Shown here one piece after another: positions 45,352-55,728 of a DNA stretch of 64,000 nucleotides (its first letter is position 1; each line of letters opens with the position of its first letter). The stretch is from a bacterium (GTDB lineage Bacteria > Chloroflexota > Dormibacteria > Aeolococcales > Bog-877), in assembly GCA_021816695.1 (NCBI GenBank), contig JAKAXE010000001.1, positions 67,344 through 131,343 on the forward strand, read 5' to 3'. The notes under the pieces are model-generated. The model searched no databases. It was not told where the DNA came from and saw only the letters and a list, made by a program, of their open reading frames with translations. Position numbers and translations under genes: made by a program.

Positions 45352-48206
45352 CCGACGTCTTCAACTCGGAGTCAGAGCTCACGGTGGGTGGGCGGCGTTA
45401 CCGGATCAGCCGGCTGGCGTCGCTGCGAGACCTTGCGGATCTCGACGTCCTGCCCTACAGCATCAAGATCCTGCTGGAGAACCTGCTCCGTCACCAGCGG
45501 GACGGGGAGGTCTCTTCCGAGGCGGTGGCTGCCCTGGCCAGGTGGGCCCGGGGGGGCGGTCAATCCCTGGAGCTCCCCTTCCACCCCGAGCGGGTCCTGC
45601 TTCAGGACTTCACCGGGGTGCCTGCGGTAGTGGACCTGGTGGCACTCCGGGACGCCCTCTCCGAGCTGGGCGGTGACAGCGTCCAGGTGAACCCCAAGGT
45701 CCCGGTGGAGCTGATCGTGGATCACTCGGTGATCGTGGATGAATGGCGCGGATCGGCTGCCTTCGACGTCAACCGTACGCTCGAGTTCTCCCGCAACCGG
45801 GAACGCTACCGTCTGCTGCGCTGGGCTCAGCAGGGCTTCCGCCAGTTCGCAGTGGTGCCTCCGGACACTGGGATCTGTCACCAGGTCAACTTGGAGCACC
45901 TCGCCCGGGTGGTGTTCGCCACCGAGGAGGGGGAAGCGTATCCCGACACCTTGGTGGGCACCGACTCTCACACCCCGATGGTCAACGGAATCGGTGTCCT
46001 GGGGTGGGGAGTGGGGGGCATCGAAGCGGAGGCGGCGATGCTGGGACACCCGGTTCCTGTCCCCATGCCCGTGGTGGTCGGGGTATACCTGGAGGGGGAG
46101 CTGCCCCCCACGGCCACCGCCACGGACCTCGTCCTGACGCTGACCCAGTTGCTCCGTCAGCACGGGGTGGTGGGCAAGTTCGTGGAGTTCACCGGCCCCG
46201 GCCTCAGCCGGCTGCGGGTCGAGCACCGCGCCACCCTGGGCAACATGGCGCCTGAATACGGGGCCACCTGTGCCATCAGCCCGATCGACCAGGCCACCCT
46301 GGACTACCTGCGCCTCACCGGCCGGCCAGGTTCCCACGTGGAGCTAGTGGAAGCCTATGCCCGGGAGCAGGGGCTGTTCTTTGACCCCGGCAACCCCCTC
46401 CCGCAATTCTCCGAGCTGGTGCACCTGGACCTCTCCAAAGTGGAGACGTCTTTGGCCGGCCCGGCCCGCCCTCAGGATCGAGTGGCGCTGTCACTCGTGC
46501 CCCAGTCCTTCCGCAGCCACCTCGGGGCACTGGCGCCCGAGACCATGGACTCCGGCACTTTGGCTCCGACCTGGACCCCACCTCCGCTCGTGGATGGGTC
46601 CTGTGAGCAGGCCTCGGCAGACTCCTTCCCCGCCAGCGACCCCCCGGCGTCGAACTGCGCGGGAGCCGCGCACGGCGAGCCCGGTGCTGATCGACCGGAG
46701 GCCGCCAGCCCTCCCGCTCTGCCCAAGGAGCTGTCGGGCAGGCGCAGGCGCGTCGTCGAGGTGGAGCTAGATGGACAGGTGGTGCCGATCGACGACGGCC
46801 ACGTGGTCATCGCCGCCATCACCAGCTGCACCAACACCTCCAACCCCGAGGTGATGGTGGCCGCCGGGCTGATGGCCCGGCGGGCGGTTGACCTCGGGCT
46901 GCGCCGCAAGCCCTGGGTGAAGACCTCGCTGGCACCGGGGTCGAGGGTGGTGATGCGCTACCTTCGCCGGGCGGGCCTGGACCGGCCGCTCGCCGAACTT
47001 GGCTTCAACCTGGTCGGGTACGGATGCACCACCTGCATCGGCAACTCGGGGCCGCTGATCCCGGAGGTGTCCGCGGCGGCGCGGGAGAAGGGGCTCGTAG
47101 TGGCTGCGGTCCTCTCCGGTAACCGCAACTTCGAAGGCCGGATCCACCCCGAGGTGCGCCTCAACTACCTGGCCTCGCCCCCGCTGGTGGTGGCGTATGC
47201 GCTGGCAGGCTCCCTCGACTTCGACTTCGGAGCTCAGCCCTTGGGGACCTCCTCGGATGGCCGTCCTGTCTGGCTCCGGGACCTCTGGCCCGGCGCGCAG
47301 GAGATCGGCGATGTCGTGTCGCAGGTGCTGACCAGCGAGCAGTTCCGGGATGAGTACCGGACCGTCTTCCAGGGGGATGAACTCTGGGAGCGGCTGTTAC
47401 CTCAGGACGCCGCCCGGTTTGTCTGGGAGCCCGAATCGACCTACGTGCGGCGGCCCCCCTTCCTCACCGGGGTGGCGAGGGCGGCCGTTCCGCCTGGGGA
47501 CATCCAGGGGGCTCGTTGCCTAGCGCTGCTTGGGGACAGCGTCACCACCGACCACATCTCTCCGGCTGGCGCGATCAGTCCCGACGGGCCGGCCGGCTCG
47601 TACCTCAGGGGGCACGGGGTGGCCGTACCTGATTTCAACTCCTTCGGCTCGCGGCGGGGCAACCACGAGGTGATGATCAGGGGCACCTTCGCCAACCCGC
47701 GGCTTAGGAACCAGCTTGTGCCCGGCGTAGAGGGGGGGTACACCCGGCATCATCCCAGTGGCCGCACCATGACTATCTACGACGCCTCCTGCCTGTACCA
47801 GGAGGCGGGGACTCCGCTGCTGGTCGTGGCCGGCCGCGACTACGGCTCGGGCTCCTCGCGCGACTGGGCCGCCAAGGGCACGCGGTTGCTGGGCGTGCGC
47901 GCGGTAGTGGCCCAGAGCTTCGAGAGGATTCACCGCTCGAACCTGGTGGGCATGGGCGTGCTCCCCATCGAGTTCTGGAACGGCGCCAGCGCGGCTCAGC
48001 TCGAGCTGACCGGAGAGGAGACCTTCGATCTGCTGGGGATCGCAGACTTGCTCGAGGGGGACCTGGCTGCACTGAGGCTGATAGCCGACGGGCGGGAGCT
48101 CCCGGTGCGGGCGCGGCTCGACTCCCCGACCGAGATCGACCAATTCCGGCACGGGGGCATCCTGCCCCTGACCTTGCGCCAGCTCCTGGGGACGGCCCCA
48201 CTTTGA
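45347..48206 (+). CDS. acnA: Aconitate hydratase A
   Basis: GTG at 45347 overlaps the alkA-like stop (GTGA). Full-length aconitase features include IKILLENLLR, the Fe-S ligand cysteines (ITSCTNTSNP, GYGCTTCIGNSG) and the swivel domain. The 1166-aa track ORF from 44706 is an out-of-frame extension into the glycosylase gene and is rejected. Confidence 0.95.
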
Positions 48207-48310
48207 GCCGGGCCCAGGGACCTCCCACGGGTGGGCCCGGTTCGAAGGATCCGAAGCCCCGGGGTGGGACCGGGACGGACGCGCGTGAGAGAACCGGGTG
48301 GGCCTCCGGC

Positions 48311-48733
48311 ATGTTCAGTTGTCCCCGCTGCCGCAGGCAGTTTCACCGCAGCTTCCTTGAGCGCTTCTGGTCCGAATGGCAGGTGGTCTGCTGGGTCCCG
48401 GACGGGCGGAGCTACCACCTGGACTGCCCGCTGCTCTCGGCCCCACCTCCTGCAGATGCCCTCGATGCGCCCGAAGAGAGCCCCTCACCGCCGCGTTCCA
48501 GTGGCGACCCCCCGGGGGCTACTCAGGTTCTCGGCGCCTGCCTGGGCGACTGCGCCCTCTGCGGCGACCACGCCCGGCTTGCGGTGGTCACCAGCGGTGG
48601 GGTCCTCAGCCGCTGCCTGCGCTGCCGTGACGAGAAGGGGCTCGATGCCCCTCCGCCATTCTGTGCCCGGGCCGGAGCCATTTCGCATCGGGCCGCCCGG
48701 CGCCCGCCCACCACCGGGGCGGAGCGCGGATGA
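48311..48733 (+). CDS. Hypothetical Cys-rich (zinc-ribbon-like) protein
   Basis: MFSCPRCRRQF...CLGDCALCGD...CLRCRDEKG, i.e. several CxxC pairs. Coding status uncertain in this GC-rich context. Confidence 0.3.
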   Translation: MFSCPRCRRQFHRSFLERFWSEWQVVCWVPDGRSYHLDCPLLSAPPPADALDAPEESPSPPRSSGDPPGATQVLGACLGDCALCGDHARLAVVTSGGVLSRCLRCRDEKGLDAPPPFCARAGAISHRAARRPPTTGAERG

Positions 48734-48978
48734 GGCAGCACGACCCGGGGGCGAGGGTCACGGCCGGGCGGCTCCCCACCACGGGCCGAGCGGATCAGGC
48801 CGCTCCGGCGCTCGTAGGCGGGGCACGCCGGTCCCCTTCTCGACCGTCACCTCCGGGGCGCGCACCCAATCGCCAGCCCGGCCACGGCCTAGGCCAAGAG
48901 CACCGGAGGAAGGCTGATAGGGCAGGTGAGTATCGGCTGGGGTGGATCGGGCGGGAGGAGCCACACCGGGGTGCCCGG

Positions 48979-49719
48979 GTGCCACCCGCCCAGTACGAGC
49001 TTCCCTTCCGGGTCGCCGGCAAGCTAAGGCTCAACCTTCGCACCGTGGAGCTCCGGCTGGCGCCACTCGCCCGGCGGCTGGGCTTCGTCCCCGGTCAGTA
49101 CCTCCTGCTGTCGGACCCAGACGGGCAGGTCGAGCCACGCTCGTATTCGATCGCCAATCGCCCCCGCCCCGATGGCACCCTCACCCTGCTCGTGACTCAG
49201 GTGCCGCAGGGCCAGTGCAGCAGCTGGGTCTTAGGGACGCTGGCGGTTGGCGCCGAGGTGCTCGTGGACGGGCCCTTCGGGGACTTCTTCCCCGGCCCAG
49301 AGGACTTCGAGGCCACGGTGTACCTGGCCGGGGGGGTTGGGATGGCCCCGATTCTGGCCCTGCTCGCGGAGGCGCTCGCCTCCTCGGGGGGTGCCGACCT
49401 GCACCTCCTCGGCTCTTTCCGAAGTGAGGACGACTTCCTGGGGCGGGAGCAGGTGCGGAGGTGGCAGAGGCGGCATCCACGCTTCCACTTCACGCGGACT
49501 CTGACCAGGAGCTCGGAGCAGTTGCCGCTGGGCAGGCTGCCCCCGCTCCTGCCGGAGCTGCTCGGGTCGCTGGAAAAGGTCTCCAACTTCGTCGCCGGGC
49601 CGGAGGGATTCGTCGACAGCTGCGCGGCCACCTTGCTGTCTCTTGGAGCCGACCCCTCCCGCCTCCACACTGAGGCCTTCTTCCCCAATCCCAGCCCTTG
49701 GGGGGCAGCTCCACTGTGA
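48979..49719 (+). CDS. FNR-family FAD/NAD(P)-binding oxidoreductase (ferredoxin-NADP reductase-like)
   Basis: GTG at 48979. FAD-binding RSYSIANRP and the NAD-binding VYLAGGVGMAPILAL motif. The track ORF from 48730 is an Arg/Pro-rich upstream extension. Confidence 0.7.
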   Translation: MPPAQYELPFRVAGKLRLNLRTVELRLAPLARRLGFVPGQYLLLSDPDGQVEPRSYSIANRPRPDGTLTLLVTQVPQGQCSSWVLGTLAVGAEVLVDGPFGDFFPGPEDFEATVYLAGGVGMAPILALLAEALASSGGADLHLLGSFRSEDDFLGREQVRRWQRRHPRFHFTRTLTRSSEQLPLGRLPPLLPELLGSLEKVSNFVAGPEGFVDSCAATLLSLGADPSRLHTEAFFPNPSPWGAAPL

Positions 49720-50267
49720 GCCGGGTCTACACACGGCTGGGAGATGACGGCACCACGGGGCTCCTGTTCGGAGGCCGGGTCTCCAAGGCGGACGGACTGA
49801 TCGCCACTCTGGGCGCCATCGACGAGGCGGTGGCCACCCTCGGGGTCGCCCGGGCGGCCGGACCGCCCGGGGAGCTGGGCGACCTCATCTTGGACTTACA
49901 GCGGGAACTCTTTGTGGTGGCTGCCGACCTGGCCTGCAACCCCCGCCAGCGCCGGCGCCTTCGCACGCGGCTGACCCGGGTGAGCTCGGAGATGGTCACC
50001 GGGCTGGAGGCCCGCATCGACGGGCTCGTCGCCCAGCATCCGCTGCGGCCGGTCTTCGTGGTGAGCGGTGCCAACCTGGAGTCGGCCCTCCTGGACCTCG
50101 CCCGAGTCGCTGTACGCCGTGCGGAGCATCACGCGGTCGGCCTTGCGGCAGCGGGGCGGACGGTGTCACCACAGGTCGGCACCTACCTCAACCGGCTCTC
50201 CGATCTTCTCTACGTCATGGCGAGGACAGCCGCCGGGGAAGAGGCCGAGCCGGTCAGCCACCAATGA
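49716..50267 (+). CDS. PduO-type ATP:cob(I)alamin adenosyltransferase
   Basis: VYTRLGDDGTTGL N-terminal signature. The GTG at 49716 forms a GTGA overlap with the FNR-like stop (49717-49719). The track ORF starts at the TTG at 49698. Confidence 0.85.
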   Translation: MSRVYTRLGDDGTTGLLFGGRVSKADGLIATLGAIDEAVATLGVARAAGPPGELGDLILDLQRELFVVAADLACNPRQRRRLRTRLTRVSSEMVTGLEARIDGLVAQHPLRPVFVVSGANLESALLDLARVAVRRAEHHAVGLAAAGRTVSPQVGTYLNRLSDLLYVMARTAAGEEAEPVSHQ

Positions 50268-50436
50268 GCCATCAGGATGCCTTCTCGGCGTGTTGTGGAG
50301 TGGTTGGCCTTGGGCCAGGGCCCCTTGAGCTCCACCCCGCCTGGCCGGTGAGAGCGAGGCGGCCCTGGCGGGACGGGCTCGTACCGGGCGGCGTCACTGC
50401 CCGCGCCCGGGGAACGCGCCGGTTCCGGGCCTCAGG

Positions 50437-51603
50437 ATGACGAAGACTTCGGGCCGAGCAGGGCCCGGCAAGCCCCGCTTCTCGCGCTCCGCCCCGGTGG
50501 TCATAGTCGTGGGGGGAGGTGACGCCGGGTTGGCGGCCGCCCTTCACCTGTCCGCGGCCGGCGTGCGGGTCCGGCTCGTGACCGAGGGGGGGAAGGCCGG
50601 GTACCTGCCCGGCGTGCCCGACGTCATCCTGGGTCGGGCTCGGGCGAGCCGATTCCGCGTCCCGCTGAACCTGCCGCAGATCGAGGTCGTCGCGGGCCGG
50701 GCGCGGGAGGTGCGGCCCAAAGGGGTGCGCATTGGCGGCGATTGGATGCCGGCAGATGCGGTGGTGGCGGCACCAGGGCTGACGCTGGCCCGCCAGCGGG
50801 CCGACCCGGCGGCGGGTCCCCTGCCCTGCTGGGACCTGCCGTCGGCCGCCCGGACGACGGCGCGGTTGCTCGACCTCGAGCGGGGGACGGTAGCCATCGT
50901 CATTGCCTCCCTCCCCTACCGCTGCCCGCCCGCACCATTCGGCCTGGCCATGCGGCTGTCCCGACACCTTCGCGAGCGAGGGAGAGGAGTCAGGGTAGTG
51001 CTGACGACCCCCGAGGCGCATCCGTTGGAGGCCTTGGGGCCGGAGCCCGGCACCCACCTGCTGCAGGCCTGTGCCAGCGTCGGGGTGGAGGTCCGTCTGG
51101 GCTGGGCCCCGGCCCGGGAGGCGCTGGCGAGGGGGCGGCTGGTGGGGGAGGATGGCAAGCCGCTGGCCGCTGAGCTGGTGCTCCTGGTACCGGCCCACCG
51201 CCCCAGCCCTCTGCTGGCACCGCTGGCGGGGGAAGGGCCGCTGGTCCCGGTGAATCATCAGTTCGAGACCCACTGGGCGGGACTGTTCGTGGCTGGCGAC
51301 GCGGCCGCCAGCCCATATCCTCGCGCGTCGGGAGCGGCCATCGCGTCGGGCAAGTCCGCCGCTCAGGGGGTGCTGGCGCGGCTCGGCCTGTCGGAGAAGG
51401 AAGAGGGCAGCCTGCCTCAGCTCGACTGCTACGTCGGCCACGGCGGCGATATCTACAGCCGGCTGAGCGTGCGCTATCCCGAGGGCCCGCCTCCCGTGGG
51501 CCACCCCCAGGTGCTCATCGACGGACCGTCCGCCGACCTCGGCACCGAGTTCGGGGAGGGATTCCTGCGCTGGCTTCGTGCCAGGCAGCCCGGCGCCCGG
51601 TAG
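50437..51603 (+). CDS. FAD-dependent pyridine-nucleotide-disulfide oxidoreductase, sulfide:quinone oxidoreductase-like
   Basis: Rossmann VVIVVGGGDAGLAAALHL and a second dinucleotide fold (GLFVAGDAA). SQR-like Cys context (YRCPPAPFG). The antisense track ORF 50272-51504 is rejected as an artefact. Confidence 0.65.
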   Translation: MTKTSGRAGPGKPRFSRSAPVVIVVGGGDAGLAAALHLSAAGVRVRLVTEGGKAGYLPGVPDVILGRARASRFRVPLNLPQIEVVAGRAREVRPKGVRIGGDWMPADAVVAAPGLTLARQRADPAAGPLPCWDLPSAARTTARLLDLERGTVAIVIASLPYRCPPAPFGLAMRLSRHLRERGRGVRVVLTTPEAHPLEALGPEPGTHLLQACASVGVEVRLGWAPAREALARGRLVGEDGKPLAAELVLLVPAHRPSPLLAPLAGEGPLVPVNHQFETHWAGLFVAGDAAASPYPRASGAAIASGKSAAQGVLARLGLSEKEEGSLPQLDCYVGHGGDIYSRLSVRYPEGPPPVGHPQVLIDGPSADLGTEFGEGFLRWLRARQPGAR

Positions 51604-51708
51604 CAGGTGGACCCGCCACCGCGAGGGGTGGTCCGGCCCCGGCGAGGGCGGCGACCAGTGCCGCCGGGCGCGCTACAAGCGGGAAGGCCCGGGCGGGGCA
51701 TCAGGATA

Positions 51709-51731
51709 ATTACACTATATGCGTCGTGTTA
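51709..51731 (+). promoter_or_regulatory. Operator-like dyad TTACAC-N10-GTGTTA in an AT-rich patch 12 nt upstream of the NnrS-like gene start
   Basis: Seen directly. Same core and spacing as the dyad at 59083-59104. Confidence 0.4.
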
Positions 51732-51742
51732 AAGGTTAGGGG

Positions 51743-53062
51743 ATGATCCGCCCGCAGCGAAGCCCCGAGATCGGCCTGCCTCTGCGCTACCTGGCGACAG
51801 GGATGGGGGCCTGGCTGCTGGCGGCCGTGGCGGTGCCCGTGCTGGCCTCCCACCTCACCTCGGGATTCGACGACCCGGAGGTCTTCGCCCTGACCCATCT
51901 CGTGGTGCTGGGCTGGGTGACCATGACACTCATGGGGGCCCTCTTCCAGCTCTTCCCGGTGGCCCTCCAGGCCACCCTTGCCGCACCGCGCCTGGTCCGA
52001 TGGAACTACTTCGTCTACACGGCTGGGGTGGCCGGCTTTGTGCCCAGCTTCTACTTCAACTGGACCCCGGGCGTGGCCGGCTTCGGGAGCCTTGCGGTTC
52101 TCGGGATCCTGGTCTTCGCCGCGGTGCTGGCCGTCAGCTACCGGACCGTCCGCACCCGGCACCCCATGGGGCTGTTCGTCCTCTGCGGGCTCGCCTGGCT
52201 CCTGGTCACTATCGGCTTCGGGCTGACCTGGGCCCTGGACTGGCAGTTCCAGTGGTTCGCGATCACCCCCAACATGCTCGCCGCCCACGTCCACGCCGGG
52301 CTGGCGGGTTGGTTGGGATGCACTCTGATCGGAGTCTCGTACAAGCTCATGGAGCTGTTCGCGCTGGCGCACCGCCGCAGCTGGCGGGCGGCCCACATCC
52401 TGCTGGTCCTCTGGAACGGCTCTCTGGCGGCGCTGGTGCTGGGTCTTCTGCTCTGGCCCGGCAGCATCGAGGTCAGGGTGGCGTCCACCGCGCTCGCTGG
52501 AGCGGTGCTCCTGTTCGCGGCCGACCTCTTCCAGATGTGGCGAGGGCGACGCCGTCGCCGGGTCTCCGTGGAGCAGGGCCACGTGGCCGTCAGCCTCACC
52601 TCGCTGCTGATGGCGGCAGGCCTGGGGGTCCTGCTCAGCGCCGGGGTCGATTTCCCCCCGCGGGCCTTCGTCGCCTACGGCTACGCCGCCATCATGGGAG
52701 GATTCGGCTTCGCCATCGCCGGCCGGTACCAGAAGATCCTCCCCTTCCTCACCTGGGTCCATCGCTACTCTCGGGGCCCCGGGCCAACTCCGCCTCCGTT
52801 GCTCCAGGACCTCGTGGATGAGCGCCTGGGATGGATCAGCCTGCTTGTCCTCACCGCGGGATACGCCACCACTTTGGGAGGCCTCCTTGCTGGTTCGCCG
52901 GTGGCGGTCCTGGGAGGTGGTGCGGTGTACGCCGCCGGGGCGGTGCTGGGGCTGGGGGCGGTGCGCCTCACCCTCCTTCCGGCCCGTGCCGCCCGGCGGT
53001 CGTCCCCTGCTGCTGCCCTGCCAGGATCACGGACCGGGACCTCGGCGCCCCCCTCCCCCTGA
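51743..53062 (+). CDS. Polytopic (about 12 TM) membrane protein, possibly NnrS-like heme-copper protein
   Basis: 439 aa with about 12 hydrophobic helices and conserved-looking His residues in helices (THLVVLGW, HVHAGLAGW, HRRSWRAAH). The assignment rests on topology and genomic context and is uncertain. Confidence 0.45.
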   Translation: MIRPQRSPEIGLPLRYLATGMGAWLLAAVAVPVLASHLTSGFDDPEVFALTHLVVLGWVTMTLMGALFQLFPVALQATLAAPRLVRWNYFVYTAGVAGFVPSFYFNWTPGVAGFGSLAVLGILVFAAVLAVSYRTVRTRHPMGLFVLCGLAWLLVTIGFGLTWALDWQFQWFAITPNMLAAHVHAGLAGWLGCTLIGVSYKLMELFALAHRRSWRAAHILLVLWNGSLAALVLGLLLWPGSIEVRVASTALAGAVLLFAADLFQMWRGRRRRRVSVEQGHVAVSLTSLLMAAGLGVLLSAGVDFPPRAFVAYGYAAIMGGFGFAIAGRYQKILPFLTWVHRYSRGPGPTPPPLLQDLVDERLGWISLLVLTAGYATTLGGLLAGSPVAVLGGGAVYAAGAVLGLGAVRLTLLPARAARRSSPAAALPGSRTGTSAPPSP

Positions 53063-53067
53063 GCAGG

Positions 53068-54332
53068 TGGTGAAGGCTACTCCAACTCGGAAACCGCCGC
53101 CCACCGTGGTGGTGATCGGGGCGGGGTTCGCCGGTCTGGCCGCGATGGCGGATCTCGCCAGGCTGGGCTGGGACGCCTGGCTGGTGGAACGGCAGCCCTA
53201 CACGACCTTCCAGCCGCTTCTCTACCAGGTGGCGACCGGGGGCCTGAATCTGGAGGATGTCGCCTTCCCCATCCGCAGCCTGCTGCGCCGGATGGGTCGC
53301 GGAAGATTCGTGCAGGGCGTCGCGGCCTCCGTCGACTGGGACCTGAGACAGGTGACCCTGGAAGGTGGGCAGACCCTCTCTTACGACCACCTGCTGCTGG
53401 CCACGGGAGCCGCACCCAAGTTCTTCGGTGTGCCCAGCGCGGCCGAGTTGGGGCTTCCCCTCCACACCCTGGTGGACGCGGCCCGGCTGCGAACTCGGCT
53501 CGTTGCGGTGCTGGAGCGGGCCGCCGCCGACCACACCCAGCACCGGGTGCACCTGGTGGTGGTGGGAGGAGGGCCGACCGGGGTGGAGACGGCCGGGGCG
53601 CTGGCGGAGCTCCGGGACCTTTTGGCGGGGAGGGACTATCCGGAACTGGGCCGGGATGACATCAGCATCGAGCTCCTGGAGGCGGCTCCGCGGCTGCTCC
53701 CCAGCTTTCACCCGGAGCTGTCCCGCTACGCTCGCCGGGAGCTGGAACGGCGCTCTGTGGTCGTTTTAACCGGCAGCGCAGTCCGGCAGGTGCAGGAAGG
53801 GGCGGTCCTTCTCGACTCCGGGCTGAGGCCTACGGACCTTTTGGTCTGGTCGGCCGGAGTGGAGGTGGCCGACTCCCCCTTGCTGCGCGGCCTGGCCCGG
53901 ACCGCGTCGGGGCGGCTGGACGTCACCCCTTCCCTGCAACTGCCAGGTCACCCAGAGGCCTTTGCCCTGGGGGACTGTGCCGGCGCGCGAGCCGGCACGG
54001 CTGAACTGCCGCAGCTGGCTCAGCCAGCGATCCAGGCCGGTCGGCATGCGGTGCGGCAGCTGCGCCGGATTCGCTCCGGTCAGGAGCCCCTGCCCTTCCG
54101 GTATCGCGACCGGGGGACCATGGCCACCATCGGCAGGCGGGCGGCGGTGGCCCAGCTTCGAGGCGGGCTCAGGCTCACCGGAACGGCCGCCTGGCTCGCC
54201 TGGCTGGGGCTACACCTAGTGGAGCTCCTCGGGGTCCGCAACCGAGCCTCGGTCCTGCTCAATTGGACCTGGCACTACCTGGCCTGGCGGCAGGCCGCGG
54301 GACTGATCCCACCAGCACCTGGCCCCGGATAG
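53068..54332 (+). CDS. ndh: Type II NADH:quinone oxidoreductase (NDH-2)
   Basis: VVVIGAGFAGL and VVVGGGPTGVE dinucleotide-binding motifs. GTG start near 53068. The track ORF from 52818 overlaps the preceding gene in another frame. Confidence 0.8.
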
Positions 54333-54348
54333 CCAGGCCCCGGACTCC

Positions 54349-54741
54349 TCAGGGTCCGGGGAGGACGGCGAGAGCCGCTCCCAGTCCGAGAATGGCAATC
54401 GAGCCGATCAGGGTCATGCCCGCCAGAAGCCGGGTGCGGTGCCGAGGCAACCGATGCGCCACCAGGCCGTGGACCGCCGCCAGGGCGAAGACAGCTCCCA
54501 CGAGCGCCGCCTTCACCAAAAGGACCCTTCCGAAGGCAGTGGTGGTGAGGTTGCCGAGGCGCACCCCGTTCAGGGCGGCCAGGGCGATCCCGCTGGCCAC
54601 CAGCACCGGCAGAAGCACCCAGTTGGTGACCGTCGCGAAGCGCCGTCCCGTAGAACTCGCCAGCTCCCGCACCAGCTGCGGTGACCCGCCGCTGCGCAGC
54701 ACGGGCATGACCACCACGACAAGCATGAGCTGGCCCCCCAC
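54349..54741 (-). CDS. Small hypothetical membrane protein (about 130 aa)
   Basis: Four short hydrophobic helices. The frame extends upstream without a clear start (GTG in WVGG or the ATG). The 219-aa track ORF 54275-54934 in another frame is Arg/Pro-rich and rejected. Confidence 0.35.
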   Translation of the reverse strand: MGGQLMLVVVVMPVLRSGGSPQLVRELASSTGRRFATVTNWVLLPVLVASGIALAALNGVRLGNLTTTAFGRVLLVKAALVGAVFALAAVHGLVAHRLPRHRTRLLAGMTLIGSIAILGLGAALAVLPGP

Positions 54742-54834
54742 CCAGAAGCTGGCGGCCAGGACATGAACCAGGACGAGGAGTGTCCACAGCAGCGGGCTCA
54801 GCGCATGTTCTCCGGCTACCGGAGGGGGCGCGGA

Positions 54835-55386
54835 TCAGCCGCCAACTAGCTGCTCCATCCGTTCCCAAAGCTCTGTCCGAGCGTGGGAGTCCAGGGGCGG
54901 TCGGCCCAGGACGAGCACGGTCGGCTCGTCCCACCCGAGATCCCAGGATGCGCTGAGCCGTCCCGAATCCGGTTCTGTGGACTCCACGGTCATGGAGAAG
55001 GGCGTCCTCAGCATCCGCAGGGTCTCCTCAAGCTCGCGGAGGGGAAGGATCCCGGTGGCGGAAAAGCGCAGCTCTAGACCATCCGCCTGGTCGGCCCGGG
55101 CCGTGCAGCTGGTCTCGTCGGCGACCGCAGCTGCCAACCGGTGGGCGATGAGGTGCGCCCGCGTGGTGGTCTGGGAGTCGAGCAGCTCCCCCTGGATCTG
55201 CTTCCACGAGGCGCCCTGGGTCAGGCGCTCCATGGCGTGGAGGGCTGAGGTCACCTCACGCGGCTCCATCGGGCCGATGGAAAGGGAGACCTCGAGGAGT
55301 GCCCCGCACCCCTGGCTCCGACCTCGCTCTGGGGAAAGCCCGGCCACCACCTCCACGGCTTCGCCGGGCGCCGTCCGAGATGCCAA
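54835..55386 (-). CDS. Hypothetical protein, last gene of the redox operon
   Basis: 183 aa of ordinary composition, 3 nt downstream of fdxA. No motif. Confidence 0.4.
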   Translation of the reverse strand: MASRTAPGEAVEVVAGLSPERGRSQGCGALLEVSLSIGPMEPREVTSALHAMERLTQGASWKQIQGELLDSQTTTRAHLIAHRLAAAVADETSCTARADQADGLELRFSATGILPLRELEETLRMLRTPFSMTVESTEPDSGRLSASWDLGWDEPTVLVLGRPPLDSHARTELWERMEQLVGG

Positions 55387-55388
55387 CC

Positions 55389-55694
55389 TCAGGCCCCCTG
55401 CACCACCCGCGGCTTGAGCTCCTCAACCCGGGCCCGGGCTGCGGCCGGATCCTTGAAGTACTGCTCATTGATCTCCGTGTACTGGTTCCACTGCGGCGGC
55501 AGGTCCTCCTCCGCGTAGATGGCGTCCACCGGACAGGGGTCCACACACGCCCCACAGTCGATGCACTCCAGAGGGTTGATGTAGAGCATGCGATCCTCGT
55601 CGGTCCCGATGATGCAATCGACCGGGCACACCTCGACGCAGGCCTTGTCCTTCACATCGACACAAGTCTCTCCGATCACGTAGGTCAACGCCAT
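55389..55694 (-). CDS. fdxA: 7Fe ferredoxin ([3Fe-4S][4Fe-4S], FdxA type)
   Basis: TYVIGETCVDVKDKACVEVCPVDCI ... CIDCGACVDPCPVDAI Cys pattern, 101 aa. Confidence 0.9.
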   Translation of the reverse strand: MALTYVIGETCVDVKDKACVEVCPVDCIIGTDEDRMLYINPLECIDCGACVDPCPVDAIYAEEDLPPQWNQYTEINEQYFKDPAAARARVEELKPRVVQGA

Positions 55695-55728
55695 TCCTCC
55701 TCAGGGCTAGGTCGAGCCCCCATGCAGG

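Noticed and set aside
48232-48267. tRNA-like GGTTCGAAGGATCCGAAGCC segment
   Set aside because: It resembles a T-arm at first glance, but there is no acceptor stem, D-arm or anticodon structure around it. It is better explained as a hairpin or direct repeat after the aconitase stop.
52818-53067. Upstream 83 codons of the NDH-2 track ORF overlapping the end of the NnrS-like gene
   Set aside because: Different frame from the 12-TM protein and compositionally biased. The NDH-2 Rossmann motif begins right after a GTG near 53068.
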